64,000 bases of DNA. It comes from an uncultured Bacteroidales bacterium (GTDB lineage Bacteria; Bacteroidota; Bacteroidia; Bacteroidales; GCA-2748055). Made by a program: the position numbers and the translations under genes. Below the pieces are notes generated by a model that was not told the DNA's origin, searched no databases, and was given only the letters and a program-made list of their open reading frames with translations. Below are positions 8,593 through 17,937 of this stretch, one piece after another (the stretch's first letter is position 1; each line of letters begins with the position of its first letter). Location: positions 879,427-943,426 of the forward strand of contig CAVZZV010000005.1 of NCBI GenBank assembly GCA_963779845.1, given 5' to 3'.

Positions 8593-10551
8593 TTAATCCA
8601 CCATGAATTGAAGATCTGAAATACTTCCCTTGAAATAATTTTCAGCTTCGTATTCGCCTATCAACCTTCTGAAATCTGTCCCGATACTCATTGGATCGTC
8701 AGGTGGAATGGGAAGGGATTCTCCAATATTTTCAGACCCGATTAATTGTCCATTAACATAAAGCTTCATATCTCCGTTTTTAAGCAAAATGGCTTTAAAG
8801 CTGAATTGTGAAGGAACAGGATTTGGCGTTTTCAAAGTGGTCAGCACACCATATTTCCGCGTACTATAGTATAAATTCCCCTCTTTTAAGTAAACTGACA
8901 GACCAAATACTTCTTCGCCATGGGCGATAATCACTCCATCTTTACAATCGCTCTCAACCGAGGCACTCATTTCAACCGATTTTGAGGTTACATCCGGAAT
9001 GTATAGATGTAATAATTTCAGAAAATTGCGCTTTCCGTTGAACACAAGTTTTCCATCAGCTGTTTTGGTTACTCCGTAATTTATCCAGGGTACAAGCTTC
9101 CCATTTATATCGAGCTTAATTTCAGGCCCGTAAGGATCGGGAAATGCCGGTTGAGGCTTACGGTCCTTGATATGCCCGCTTGCTTTAAGATTTAGGCCAG
9201 CGCGCCAATTAATCAAATCGCTGTGTAGCTCCTTTTCCTTTTCTGCCATTCCGGCTGATAAATCATTGCTCTCACCAATATCCTTGGAAAGATCAAAAAG
9301 GGATGTCTTTTTGGATGTATAATCTTCGACCAGTTTGAAATCACCTTTTCTGATTGCCCCAGCGCTAAATCCTCCCAGAAAATGTGGAGCTTCAAGTGGA
9401 TAATGCCAAACCAATGCTTCGTGAATTTTGATGTCACTTTTTGGATTTTTCCACAAAGAAAGCATCGAATTACCATCCTGAACCTGAGCCTTGGTAACAT
9501 CGTATCCCACCAATTCACAAAAAGTTGAAAAGAAGTCCATGTTTGAAACGACTTGATCTACCACCTGGCTGGTTTTTATCCCATTTTTCCACCAAACAAT
9601 AAGCGGCACTCTAAAACCTCCTTCATACACAGAACTTTTACCGGCCCTTAAAGGCGCATTGCTGGTTACGTTTGTTTCGCCGCCATTGTCTGACATAAAA
9701 ATGATGATGGTATTATCCAGCTGATCAATCTCTTCCAGTTTTTTCACAATCATTTCCACACCGTCGTCGATCGATTTTAGCTGTGCGGCAAGATGTACAT
9801 TGTTATGGTTTGAGATTGGAGAGAGACCGGCATCTTCTTTTTTAGAAAAATGCTCTACATATTCCTGTTTTCCATTGAGATTGGTATGGACTGAATAATG
9901 GCTTTTATAGAGGAAAAATGGTTTTCCCGTATTTTGGGGATTGTTCCGTTCAATAAACTCGACTGCTTCAAGGTTTTCCCGGTCTGTAAGATGTTCTACC
10001 GGGAATATTTTCTGTTCAACTTCCTGGTTGAAATGGTATGGGTAAAAATAACTTCCTCCTGAAATCCCTCTCTTTTCAGTTAAAATAACTTCATTAAAAC
10101 CATGTTTATCAGGTCCTGATTCTTTTGCTCCATTTTTTGCGTACCCCGACAAATGCCATTTCCCAATCATCCCGGTTTGGTAGCCCTCTGCTTTAAAGAC
10201 ATCCGCAATTGTTGTTAAATCTTCCGATAAATGTTTGTCTTCGTGGGGTCTAAGATAATCGGTTATTCCAATTCTGGCAGGGTGTTGACCGGTCATTAAA
10301 CTGGCTCTAAAAGGGGAACACACAGGTGCGGAGGCATATGCGTTGGTAAATCGCAATCCGGTGGCTGCCAGCTTATCAATGTTTGGTGTTTCATTAAAAT
10401 GATTTCCGAAACAGTTTAATTCAGAGTAACCCAGATCATCTGCTAAAATGAATATTACATTGGGTTTGTTTTCGGAATCTTTGTGGGGAGTACATCCAAA
10501 TCCCAGAATCAATAAGATAATACCAATGACTATATAGACTATTTTTTTCAC
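8593..10551 (-). CDS. S1-family sulfatase fused to a C-terminal LamG/concanavalin-like domain
   Basis: 652 aa. The start codon is GTG (10549-10551) and there is no in-frame ATG alternative. Motifs ILADDLGYSELNCFG and VCSPFRASLMTGQHP. About 190 extra C-terminal residues (...KLVFNGKRNFLKL...MKLYVNGQLIG...YFKGSISDLQFMVD) look like a Laminin-G-type beta-sandwich. Confidence 0.88.
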   Translation of the reverse strand: MKKIVYIVIGIILLILGFGCTPHKDSENKPNVIFILADDLGYSELNCFGNHFNETPNIDKLAATGLRFTNAYASAPVCSPFRASLMTGQHPARIGITDYLRPHEDKHLSEDLTTIADVFKAEGYQTGMIGKWHLSGYAKNGAKESGPDKHGFNEVILTEKRGISGGSYFYPYHFNQEVEQKIFPVEHLTDRENLEAVEFIERNNPQNTGKPFFLYKSHYSVHTNLNGKQEYVEHFSKKEDAGLSPISNHNNVHLAAQLKSIDDGVEMIVKKLEEIDQLDNTIIIFMSDNGGETNVTSNAPLRAGKSSVYEGGFRVPLIVWWKNGIKTSQVVDQVVSNMDFFSTFCELVGYDVTKAQVQDGNSMLSLWKNPKSDIKIHEALVWHYPLEAPHFLGGFSAGAIRKGDFKLVEDYTSKKTSLFDLSKDIGESNDLSAGMAEKEKELHSDLINWRAGLNLKASGHIKDRKPQPAFPDPYGPEIKLDINGKLVPWINYGVTKTADGKLVFNGKRNFLKLLHLYIPDVTSKSVEMSASVESDCKDGVIIAHGEEVFGLSVYLKEGNLYYSTRKYGVLTTLKTPNPVPSQFSFKAILLKNGDMKLYVNGQLIGSENIGESLPIPPDDPMSIGTDFRRLIGEYEAENYFKGSISDLQFMVD

Positions 10552-10743
10552 AGGATTAATTTTTTATACGTTATTTTTTATCTGCTTTGTTAACTATTGT
10601 AATTTGGAAAGAACAACTATGGAGCATTTAAGGTACTTGATGTTCGGATTAGTTTTTTCACATTTCGTTTTTTACAAAAGAGCTTAGTGAAAAATCGGAA
10701 ACCATTGCAGTCCTTTATAGCTCTTTCAACAGTTTAAAAATCC

Positions 10744-13092
10744 TTAATTAAGGAATACTTTGCGTATGTCTGTGTTTGTGTGTATAATGAATAATCCGTT
10801 CCCCATACTTTCAGGAAGATAGGTTTCATGGTCAACAAACCGGTTAAAAACCATTCTGCCGGACAGATTATAGATCCTTATTATAGTTGAAGGACCCTGA
10901 AGGGTTAATTTTCTTCCAATAAGTTTAAAAGAGGGTTGAACTATAGGATTTACAGACGGAGATATATTAGTTGGGGTAATACCATTATAACTTCCAACAC
11001 TGATTCTGTAAAGATTGATATAACGACTACCGGCATTTCGCACTTGAAGTTTTATCGGTTCATTGGTATTCACATCATAATTGATTATTTCATCCCTCGA
11101 GGTTCTTAAAGCTCCATGTGGATGCAAGTTAAAGACATTGATGACAGTCCAATGGTCGTCTGTAAATTTCTCAAGTGCTAAGCTGGTGGAATTGTTAAGG
11201 TTTCCGTTTCGCACATGCAATGTAATTATCCCGGCATTAGGGAGTTCTGGTAATTCGATCAGTCCCGAAGCATTGTTGGTGAATCGAAATGCTACGGCAA
11301 GTCCATCGTTTTCGTGGGTTATATTTTCTACTGCAGCACAAGGTAGAACCGGTAAGGATTCTATTTCACCTGAAAGGTGGTATTTGAAAAAATAGGGATC
11401 TGTACTATTAAGATTAAAATAAGCATTTTTTCCTTCGACATCTGGTGTGTAATAGGCATTCGGATTAGGAGCATTTGGATTGATGCCTCCACCTGGATTC
11501 AAACGTTCCAATTCACTTTCCCAGGATTTTGAGGAGAAATCTTCTGAAATGAGGTCTGCTGGCTCGGGTTTGTATATTTCCGGTTCACCATCTTTAATAA
11601 AATCGACATTGGTGTAATAGTAATCCTGATCGATGTTTGTATTGTATTTATTTTGGTATGGCGAGTAAGTTTGGATACTGAATCGCTTGTTTTCAGGTTC
11701 TATATCCATTATTCGGATCATTCCATTACGAGAGTCCTGTGAGCCATCAACTCCACCTTGATAATTGGCCAGGAACTGATAGACGGTATTTCCGTTATCA
11801 CCTTTGCTAACACGATATCCATTCCCATCACTCAGTATATGTCCTGAAAATACGAAAAGACAATTTTTATGTTTTTTGACGCATTTTTCCCAGATATCGT
11901 CACCATTATTAGGGGTTTCTTCACCGGTTGTCCTCAATCCTTCTTGTGGAACGCCTGTGTTGAGTGTATTATTGGCTCTTAGATAGGAGTGAGTATTAAT
12001 TATTACATTGTGTTTTGGATGTGCACTAATAACCATGTTCGCCCAGTCTAATACTTTGTCCCGGGGAAGGTATTCAAGAGAAATTATTAAAAATTTATAA
12101 TCGCCGTATGCAAAGGTATGCCATGTATTGTCTACTGTATTGGGTTCGAAGGTCCCTCCAAACCATTCATTTCTGCTATACCGCGAGTAGGGAAGATAAG
12201 AGTTCATCAAATTGGTGTTTCTTGAGCTCCCATTCCTTCCCATATCATGATTTCCGGCACAGAAGGTAAAAGGGATTTTCCTGCCTTCAAATAGATTAAA
12301 AGCACCTGCAGCGATCTTCCATTGTGTATTGTCATTCAATTGAGTAATATCACCTTGCTGGAGAATGAATTTTACATCATCAGCAATACTATTTACCCAG
12401 GTCGTTATGTACCCGTAAATATGGTTTAATGTTTCCCGATTGGCATATGTTTGGGCATCAGGAATAATAATGAGTTTTAGTGGCTTTTCTTTTGGAATTT
12501 CAGCGTCATAAGCATCTACCCTGATTTGGTAGACATGAATGCCTATCGTGGCTCCTAAAATTCTTAATTTTACAGGTTTATTGATATTCACGAATTCTTC
12601 TACCTGCAATTCAAAGTTCTGATTCTGGTGAGGAGGAAGATAAATTGTGCGGATTGTCTCCCAATTCTCTCCATTTCTTCTTTGTAAATACATGGAAGTT
12701 TCACTTGTAGAACTTGCGTTTTTTGAGAAAACCGTGAATCGACCTACACTCGCCAATTCGGGCAATTCTATATAAGAGTCACTACTTGTTCCGAGTTTAA
12801 AAGCCCAACGTCTGTATTTATTGTTATCTTCGATATACATCGGCTGTGCTTTATAGCTGGTAGTTGCTTGAAACTTCCCCCATTGACCGCCGAATTTGAA
12901 ATCTTCTGCTACATAATTGTCAATAGGTATGAAAAAAGCACTACTATCGCTATTGAATGCCGGTGCCGGGAAAAGAGGTTTCCAGGTTGTTGAGTCCCTT
13001 GTAAAATCAATGTCCAACAAAGTTGCAGGGGTAGCAAACAGATTCAATGACAGAAAAATTCCGGCAAGTAAAAGGTATAGCAATTTTTTCAT
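10744..13092 (-). CDS. T9SS-sorted calcineurin-like metallophosphoesterase flanked by two copies of an unknown ~190-aa module
   Basis: The ATG at 13090-13092 gives MKKLLYLLLAGIFLSLNLFA (signal peptide). The central region carries LKLIIIPDAQTY, QQGDITQLND, CAGNHDMG, VIINTHSY and FSGHILSDG. This is the D..(GD)..GNHD..H..GH metallophosphoesterase motif series. The C-terminal ~65 aa (IRIYNLSGRMVF...GLFIIHTNTDIRKVFLN) are T9SS-CTD-like. Confidence 0.8.
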   Translation of the reverse strand: MKKLLYLLLAGIFLSLNLFATPATLLDIDFTRDSTTWKPLFPAPAFNSDSSAFFIPIDNYVAEDFKFGGQWGKFQATTSYKAQPMYIEDNNKYRRWAFKLGTSSDSYIELPELASVGRFTVFSKNASSTSETSMYLQRRNGENWETIRTIYLPPHQNQNFELQVEEFVNINKPVKLRILGATIGIHVYQIRVDAYDAEIPKEKPLKLIIIPDAQTYANRETLNHIYGYITTWVNSIADDVKFILQQGDITQLNDNTQWKIAAGAFNLFEGRKIPFTFCAGNHDMGRNGSSRNTNLMNSYLPYSRYSRNEWFGGTFEPNTVDNTWHTFAYGDYKFLIISLEYLPRDKVLDWANMVISAHPKHNVIINTHSYLRANNTLNTGVPQEGLRTTGEETPNNGDDIWEKCVKKHKNCLFVFSGHILSDGNGYRVSKGDNGNTVYQFLANYQGGVDGSQDSRNGMIRIMDIEPENKRFSIQTYSPYQNKYNTNIDQDYYYTNVDFIKDGEPEIYKPEPADLISEDFSSKSWESELERLNPGGGINPNAPNPNAYYTPDVEGKNAYFNLNSTDPYFFKYHLSGEIESLPVLPCAAVENITHENDGLAVAFRFTNNASGLIELPELPNAGIITLHVRNGNLNNSTSLALEKFTDDHWTVINVFNLHPHGALRTSRDEIINYDVNTNEPIKLQVRNAGSRYINLYRISVGSYNGITPTNISPSVNPIVQPSFKLIGRKLTLQGPSTIIRIYNLSGRMVFNRFVDHETYLPESMGNGLFIIHTNTDIRKVFLN

Positions 13093-13243
13093 TTTTATAA
13101 AATTTTTATGTTCAAATTTACAATAAAAATGTTCACCTGAAAAAATATTAATGACAGTGAAATGACACACGGGAGGGAGAGCAGACCGGTGAGTTTTAAA
13201 CCGTAATTAATATTTAATATTACTTTTTTCATAATTTTTATTG

Positions 13244-14293
13244 TTAGTCGTTATTTTCATTATTACCCATCGGATAGAGCTGTGGTGATTTTGTGGGTCC
13301 ATTCACTATCATTTTCCCTTCCCTGAAATTTACCCTATCAATGTACATTGCTCTGTCGCCACCAGGCTTATCGGGAAAAGTATGTGCATGATAAACTATA
13401 AATAGTTCTTTCCTATTAGGTGACCAGGCAAAACTGTTATGTCCGGGTCCGGAGACACCAATTGCCATATTAGCTTTCAAAATAGGATTTTCAGGAGCTT
13501 TAGTCCATGGTCCCAGGGGACTGTTAGCCGTTGCATAGCAAACGCAATATTCATGCGTATTAAAGCCATTTGCAGAGTAGGTCATATAATATGTCCCGTT
13601 GTGCTTAAAAACTAAGGGGCCTTCATTCCAAAGTCGGGTCCCATTGATATCTTCATAAGGTTGATCGGGTGTGATAACCAGTTTTGGTTCAGTAACAAAC
13701 TTCTTTAAATCGTCGCTCAATTGTACCGCAAATATCTGACTGGTATACCTTCCATTGATCATGTTTGTACTACAATCTCTCACAAAAAAAGTGTAGGCTT
13801 TATCTTCATCAATAAAAATAGTTGCGTCAATATGCGATAATTTATGCTCATACCAGGGCGACTGGTAATTTTTAAATGGACCCAAAGGATGATCGCTGAC
13901 AGCAAGGCAAAGTTTTAAAATATTGTCGGGTTCACCAGCGCTGTAAGTCATGTAGAACTTACCTTTGTACTGAACAACTTCAGGAGCCCAAAAGCGGTCA
14001 ATTCCCAAAATGCCAGGTGTTTCATTAGAAAGAGCCAGTCCATGTTTTTTCCAGTTCACCAAATTTGTTGAAGTCCATACAAAAAACCCCTTTTCTAAAC
14101 TGGTTTCAGATGTGCAGTACATGTAATATATTCCATTATGTGTCAGCACAAATGGGTCGCCGATCCCGGTAATATTTGACAACGGGTTAGTATAATATTT
14201 CTTTTTCTTTTCCTGTCCATATGAAATCTGTGCAATATTTACCAGGATTACCAGGAATATAATAAGTTGTTTTTGTCTTCCTCTATTTTTCAT
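13244..14293 (-). CDS. GH43-family glycoside hydrolase
   Basis: 349 aa with a signal peptide. Five-bladed-propeller GH43 hallmarks: GDPFVLTHNGIYYMYCT, FWAPEVVQYKGKFYMTYS, IDATIFIDED and NEGPLVFKHNGTYYMTYS. Confidence 0.88.
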   Translation of the reverse strand: MKNRGRQKQLIIFLVILVNIAQISYGQEKKKKYYTNPLSNITGIGDPFVLTHNGIYYMYCTSETSLEKGFFVWTSTNLVNWKKHGLALSNETPGILGIDRFWAPEVVQYKGKFYMTYSAGEPDNILKLCLAVSDHPLGPFKNYQSPWYEHKLSHIDATIFIDEDKAYTFFVRDCSTNMINGRYTSQIFAVQLSDDLKKFVTEPKLVITPDQPYEDINGTRLWNEGPLVFKHNGTYYMTYSANGFNTHEYCVCYATANSPLGPWTKAPENPILKANMAIGVSGPGHNSFAWSPNRKELFIVYHAHTFPDKPGGDRAMYIDRVNFREGKMIVNGPTKSPQLYPMGNNENND

Positions 14294-14326
14294 TTCAATT
14301 CTGATAGGTGTTCATTCCCGAAATAA

Positions 14327-14500
14327 TTATTTTTTTGGGGCAGTCATTCTTGAATGCCAATCTAAAACACTTTCCTTCATTTTATTGGCAATTTCAGGAT
14401 ATTTTTCTTCCAGATTTGTAGTTTCTGCTTCATCATTACCTATACTGAATAATTTTAGCCCTGGGCCATTAGAGAGGATATAAATAATATTCTCCTTTTA
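14327..14500 (-). pseudogene. 3'-terminal relic of an S1 sulfatase (470-aa class)
   Basis: My translation is ENIIYILSNGPGLKLFSIGNDEAETTNLEEKYPEIANKMKESVLDWHSRMTAPKK*. It aligns with ...ELYNISNDEAETANLASEYPDIVNELKEKVFDWYKKATP... of the 16364-17776 product. A stop lies directly upstream and there is no catalytic domain. Confidence 0.75.
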
Positions 14501-14520
14501 AGATTGTTTGGTTTAAATTA

Positions 14521-16185
14521 TCAGAAATTAATATCCGATCCTTTTATTAATTCTTTCCTGGGAATTGCCCCTACTCGTTTATAATAGACATCATAATCCT
14601 TTTTTAGTTCTTCTACAATCTCAGGATGCTCCGAGGAAACCTCATTTTGTTCCCAACGGTCAATCTTAATATTATAAAGCTCCCATTCCTGGGTTCGTGG
14701 CACTATATCCCAGCTCCACCTGTTAAAGAACTTTACATCATCTTCATAACGCGACACCAGCTTCCAGTCGCCCTTTCTGACGCACCGGTTCCCTTCATGT
14801 TCCCAGAATAGCTCCCTATCGGAATTTTCTTCAGAGCCATTAATCACTCCCATCAGGCTCTGTCCTTCCAGGGGATAATCCAGTCCGGCATCTACCATGC
14901 CGGCAGCCTCCATACAGGTTGGAACAAGGTCTATCAGCTCTCCGAAACTCTCCTTTTCAATGGTCCCTTTCCTCTCCTCTTTCATACCTGCAGGCCAGTG
15001 CACAATAAAAGGGGTTGAAATCCCTCCCTCATGCAGAAAATGTTTGTACATTCTGAATGGAGTATTGCTTAAGTGAGCCCAGGGAAGGTCGTAAGAAATA
15101 TAGGTGTTCGCTCCCCCGGGATAATCAGTTTCTCTTCTACTAATTTTTTCCGGGCAGGCTCCATTGTCTTGCAGGAACATGATTAAGGTATTTTCAAATT
15201 GACCCGTTTCCTTTAGCTTTTCGACAATCCTGCCAATATTCTGGTCCATACAATCAACCATGGCAGCATAAACCGCCATTTTTGAATCCCAGTCATCCTG
15301 GTCGTGTTGGCCCGAGGTAAGTCCATGGTATCCCGGGTATTTATCTCCTTCAGGGATATCAACCCAGTGGGGAACATCAGGATCAACAATCTTCTCGGGA
15401 TCGGTTCCAACAATCATGCCCATCTCCTCAAGGCGCCTGATCCTTTCCAGCCTCAACTGATCCCATCCCTTCATGTATTTACCCCGATATTTTGCAATAT
15501 CCTCCGGCTTGGCCATCATTGGCCAGTGTGCCGCATTGAATGCAAGGTACATAAAAAAGGGAGCCTCTTTCTGGTTTGCCCAATCGATATACTCTATAGC
15601 TTTATCACCTTTCACATCAATACCAAACTTCTTTTCTTCTTCCTTCAAGTCCCTCACTTCGCCATCTTCATAAATTTGCTTCAGGTTCCAGAAGTCAATA
15701 GCACCCCCAGTTGCCCATGCCCGGTCGAATCCTCGTGCTGATGGCATGGCTCCATCTTTCATGTTGCCCACATGCCATTTCCCAACATGAAGGGTTGTAT
15801 ACCCCCCCTTCTTCATTATTTCTGCAATGGTTTGCCGGTCATTTCTTAAAAACCCCTGGTAGGCAATTGATTCTCCGATCTTTTCGGTCATAAAGCCTAT
15901 TCCGGCCTGGTGGGGATAGAGTCCTGTCAACAGGGAGGCCCGGGTAGGGCAACAGCGCGCGCCGTTATAAAACTGGGCAAAACGGACCCCATTGTTTGCC
16001 AGAGCATCGAGATTGGGAGTATTGATCTCCCCTCCGTAGCAGCCTAGATCTGAAAAACCCATATCGTCTGAAAGAATGATAATGATATTTGGCTTTTCTG
16101 CAGGTTTGTTTTTTGTGATACAGGAACAGGACAGGATTGCAACTGCGGGTAAAAATAACAGACTGAGATTGATATTAGTTTTCAT
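14521..16185 (-). CDS. S1-family sulfatase, arylsulfatase-A/AtsA-like
   Basis: The ATG at 16183-16185 gives MKTNINLSLLFLPAVAILSCSC (signal peptide). Motifs ILSDDMGFSDLGCYG and RCCPTRASLLTGLYPHQAG. Confidence 0.9.
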   Translation of the reverse strand: MKTNINLSLLFLPAVAILSCSCITKNKPAEKPNIIIILSDDMGFSDLGCYGGEINTPNLDALANNGVRFAQFYNGARCCPTRASLLTGLYPHQAGIGFMTEKIGESIAYQGFLRNDRQTIAEIMKKGGYTTLHVGKWHVGNMKDGAMPSARGFDRAWATGGAIDFWNLKQIYEDGEVRDLKEEEKKFGIDVKGDKAIEYIDWANQKEAPFFMYLAFNAAHWPMMAKPEDIAKYRGKYMKGWDQLRLERIRRLEEMGMIVGTDPEKIVDPDVPHWVDIPEGDKYPGYHGLTSGQHDQDDWDSKMAVYAAMVDCMDQNIGRIVEKLKETGQFENTLIMFLQDNGACPEKISRRETDYPGGANTYISYDLPWAHLSNTPFRMYKHFLHEGGISTPFIVHWPAGMKEERKGTIEKESFGELIDLVPTCMEAAGMVDAGLDYPLEGQSLMGVINGSEENSDRELFWEHEGNRCVRKGDWKLVSRYEDDVKFFNRWSWDIVPRTQEWELYNIKIDRWEQNEVSSEHPEIVEELKKDYDVYYKRVGAIPRKELIKGSDINF

Positions 16186-16363
16186 GGTGATGGTTTTCTT
16201 GTGAGTTATACTTTTCATTTGAATTAGTTTCGTTTCATCTCTATAAAAGTTCAATGTACCCTTTTCCCGGTTTACCTGCAAGAGCAACTCCCTGAAAATT
16301 TAAAAGTGATGAACCTTTTGGCTCATGAAGGATGACTGTTACCTCCATGGCATTTCCTTGGTT

Positions 16364-17776
16364 TCAATAATAAGAAGTTATTATTCCGTCCTTTGTTGGT
16401 GTCGCTTTCTTATACCAGTCAAATACTTTTTCTTTCAGTTCATTCACAATATCCGGATATTCAGATGCCAGATTTGCAGTTTCAGCTTCGTCATTACTAA
16501 TATTGTAAAGTTCTATACCGGTCCCATCAAAATTAACCAATAATTTGAAATCGCCTTTCCGGATTGCCAAATCCGGATAATCAATACCATTTTTGATATC
16601 GTGACCGGTCGGTCTGCGCCACATTACCGGTTGTTCCCGCTCCAGGCAATTTTTCCCCAATAAAATATCACTTATGTCTATTCCATCAAAATTGATTCCG
16701 GGATTCTTTATTCCTGCAAGGGATAAAAAGGTTGGCGCTAAATCCATAGCGACTATCACATTTCGCGTGTTAACTGTTCCGTGTTTTTTATTTTTTATTT
16801 TTGAAGGAAACCAAACGATAAAGGGTTCCCTGATTCCCCCTTCATAGAGTACAAATTTATTGCCCCTAAGGTTTCCAGCTGAGCCAACTCCCGGCTCAGG
16901 ACCATTATCGCTGGTAACAATGATAAGGGTGTTTTCAGCTAATTCCTTATTATTTCTGATGTAATCAAATATTCTTCCCAACTGCACATCCAATTCTTTA
17001 ACCACTCCATTAAAGAACACATGTTTGCTACCATCACCCCTGTTTGCAGCAGAAGGTTCATTTGGGGTATGCACATCATCGGGCCAAAGGTTAATGTAAA
17101 ATGGTTTGTTCGCCTTTTGGGCATTTTCAATAGCTTGAATGGCCCTATCTACAAATTTACCAGTAATATTATAACGATTTTCCCAATGTATTTCACCTCT
17201 TCCAAGTGCAGCCGACCATTTCTCCAGGTTTCTGGTGCTATCGCCTCCCAAATCCAATGTTTCGTATGTTGCCAGATATCTTTCCCCCAGGCCTTCAAAC
17301 TGAGTAACCGATTCATCAAAACCATACTCCGTAATTAAGGGTACGTCTCCAATATCTCTTCCACCCCCCATGTGCCATTTCCCAATGTGAGCTGTATAAT
17401 ATCCATTTGCCGATAATTCGTGAGCTATTGTCGGTGCATTTAAACTAAGACAATTACTTACTCCCCTTTCTTCATTCATTGCACGCGAAGCCACGATGGT
17501 ATTTATTCCCCATCGTCCGGGGTATTGACCTGTTGTTATTGCAACTCGTGAGGGTGAACAAATTGGGGCATTCACATAAAATTGAGTAAACCTAATTCCT
17601 TCATTTGCAAGTTGATCAATTTGGGGAGTTTGGATCTCGGTATTCCCATAACAACTTAAATCACCATATCCCATATCATCAATAAAAACCAAAAGGATAT
17701 TTGGTTTTTGCTCCGAGAATACTGGTTTGGTAATGAACAGAGATACAGTTATTAGTAATAATGTTGATTTTTTCAT
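16364..17776 (-). CDS. S1-family sulfatase
   Basis: 470 aa with a signal peptide. Motifs FIDDMGYGDLSCYG and ICSPSRVAITTGQYPGRWG. Confidence 0.92.
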   Translation of the reverse strand: MKKSTLLLITVSLFITKPVFSEQKPNILLVFIDDMGYGDLSCYGNTEIQTPQIDQLANEGIRFTQFYVNAPICSPSRVAITTGQYPGRWGINTIVASRAMNEERGVSNCLSLNAPTIAHELSANGYYTAHIGKWHMGGGRDIGDVPLITEYGFDESVTQFEGLGERYLATYETLDLGGDSTRNLEKWSAALGRGEIHWENRYNITGKFVDRAIQAIENAQKANKPFYINLWPDDVHTPNEPSAANRGDGSKHVFFNGVVKELDVQLGRIFDYIRNNKELAENTLIIVTSDNGPEPGVGSAGNLRGNKFVLYEGGIREPFIVWFPSKIKNKKHGTVNTRNVIVAMDLAPTFLSLAGIKNPGINFDGIDISDILLGKNCLEREQPVMWRRPTGHDIKNGIDYPDLAIRKGDFKLLVNFDGTGIELYNISNDEAETANLASEYPDIVNELKEKVFDWYKKATPTKDGIITSYY

Positions 17777-17937
17777 GATTTACTGTTTTTAGGCCAAACT
17801 ATTGTATATTAATTTCTACTAATTCCTTCATCATTATGAATGAACCGGGGCGCTATATATAATCTCATTTCCATTAGCATTGTTTAACGATTTTATTTTG
17901 GTAATTACTTCTTCATTATCAAGATAATTTTCGGGAA

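Noticed and set aside
13093-13170. N-terminal extensions offered by the ORF track (starts at 5714, 7104, 13170, 16287, 19584, 22669, 28283, 31672, 32651, 47519).
   Set aside because: Each extension precedes an internal ATG that begins a canonical signal or lipoprotein peptide. Several overlap the upstream gene or use TTG/GTG. The internal ATGs were adopted instead.
13096-13236. 46-codon minus-strand ORF (MKKVILNINYGLKLTGLLSLPCVISLSLIFFQ...) between the GH43 and metallophosphoesterase genes.
   Set aside because: It is AT-rich and low-complexity, with no recognisable motif. It is indistinguishable from a random ORF in a promoter region.
16186-16363. Open stretch GNAMEVTVILHEPKGSSLLNFQGVALAGKPGKGYIELL on the minus strand between two sulfatases, possibly another gene relic.
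   Set aside because: I cannot align it to any protein in the window or to a family I recognise, so it is too weak to call.
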